64,000 bases of DNA from Chara braunii. Its lineage: Eukaryota > Plantae > Charophyceae. A program made the translations under genes and the position numbers. The stretch lies in the NCBI GenBank assembly GCA_003427395.1, contig BFEA01000003.1, forward strand, positions 9,518,876 to 9,582,875, in the 5' to 3' direction. The notes below the pieces were generated by a model. It was not told where the DNA came from. It saw only the letters and a program-made list of their open reading frames with translations, and made no database searches. Each line of letters opens with the position of its first letter. Within the stretch, counting starts at the first letter, position 1. Positions 63,373 through 64,000 of the stretch are shown here, in pieces.

Positions 63373-63848
63373 TGCTTCCACTCTGCTCGAGTCTGCTGGT
63401 ACTATTGCCTCGATTAATGCCTGCAGTTATTCTGGTCTTACTCCCTGCAGGCTGCAGCCTCCCTACCGTCTGCCCCCGAGCACAACGCACCCTCATTTAG
63501 GCTGAACCTGACCAGAGATATAGGTTGTGTAGGGTCATTATCAGGGTGCGTTAGGTTGGGGAAAACACGGTAGCGTCGCTAGCGATCCGTCTTCCACCGG
63601 GAGTCGTTCTCAGTCTCCGTCCACTCGTGCACTCCTTTTTTTTTTTTTTTTGAAAATAGTGGTGCACTCTTTCGGTTTGAGCTTTGTGTCTGATGAACAT
63701 TTGACTCCTCGAGTCAGTGAGAGCATTCAAACTCGGCTGTAATCCCCGCCCGAAAAAAAGAAAAGAAAAGAAAAGGAAAAAGGGTCATCTCCGACGATCC
63801 CGATAGAGCTACCCCTGCCGCTACTCCTCGGTATTAAACCGCACGGTC

Positions 63849-63861
63849 CTCTCTCTCTCTC

Positions 63862-63940
<79 letters not shown>

Positions 63941-63963
63941 TCTTTATGTACTGCACCGAACGG

Positions 63964-64000
<37 letters not shown>
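63849..64000. repeat. (CT)n and (CA)n microsatellites
   Basis: Read directly from the sequence. Confidence 0.95.

Overview
A eukaryotic, transposon-saturated window with no recognisable host gene. Family composition and style suggest a streptophyte alga such as Chara; this is an inference, not tested. Contents in order: (1) a decayed Ty3/Gypsy element (5' LTR, tRNA-Asp PBS, gag, PR, RT, RNase H, INT, possible extra ORF) with ~6-kb LTRs; (2) a nested pile at 22.6-34.3 kb in which LTR-derived units abut each other, separated only by ACGT; (3) five L1/Tx1-like LINE copies, one near full length, four of which retain the 3' end and share a conserved three-hairpin RNA motif with a covarying stem; (4) many PIF/Harbinger-type MITEs and one hAT-like element; (5) microsatellites, assembly gaps and two Nextera adapter artefacts. 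The best leads are the apparent ACGT-targeted (4-bp TSD) giant-LTR family, the LINE 3' RNA structure, and an array of covarying hairpins at 24.8-25.7 kb. All alignments were made by eye.
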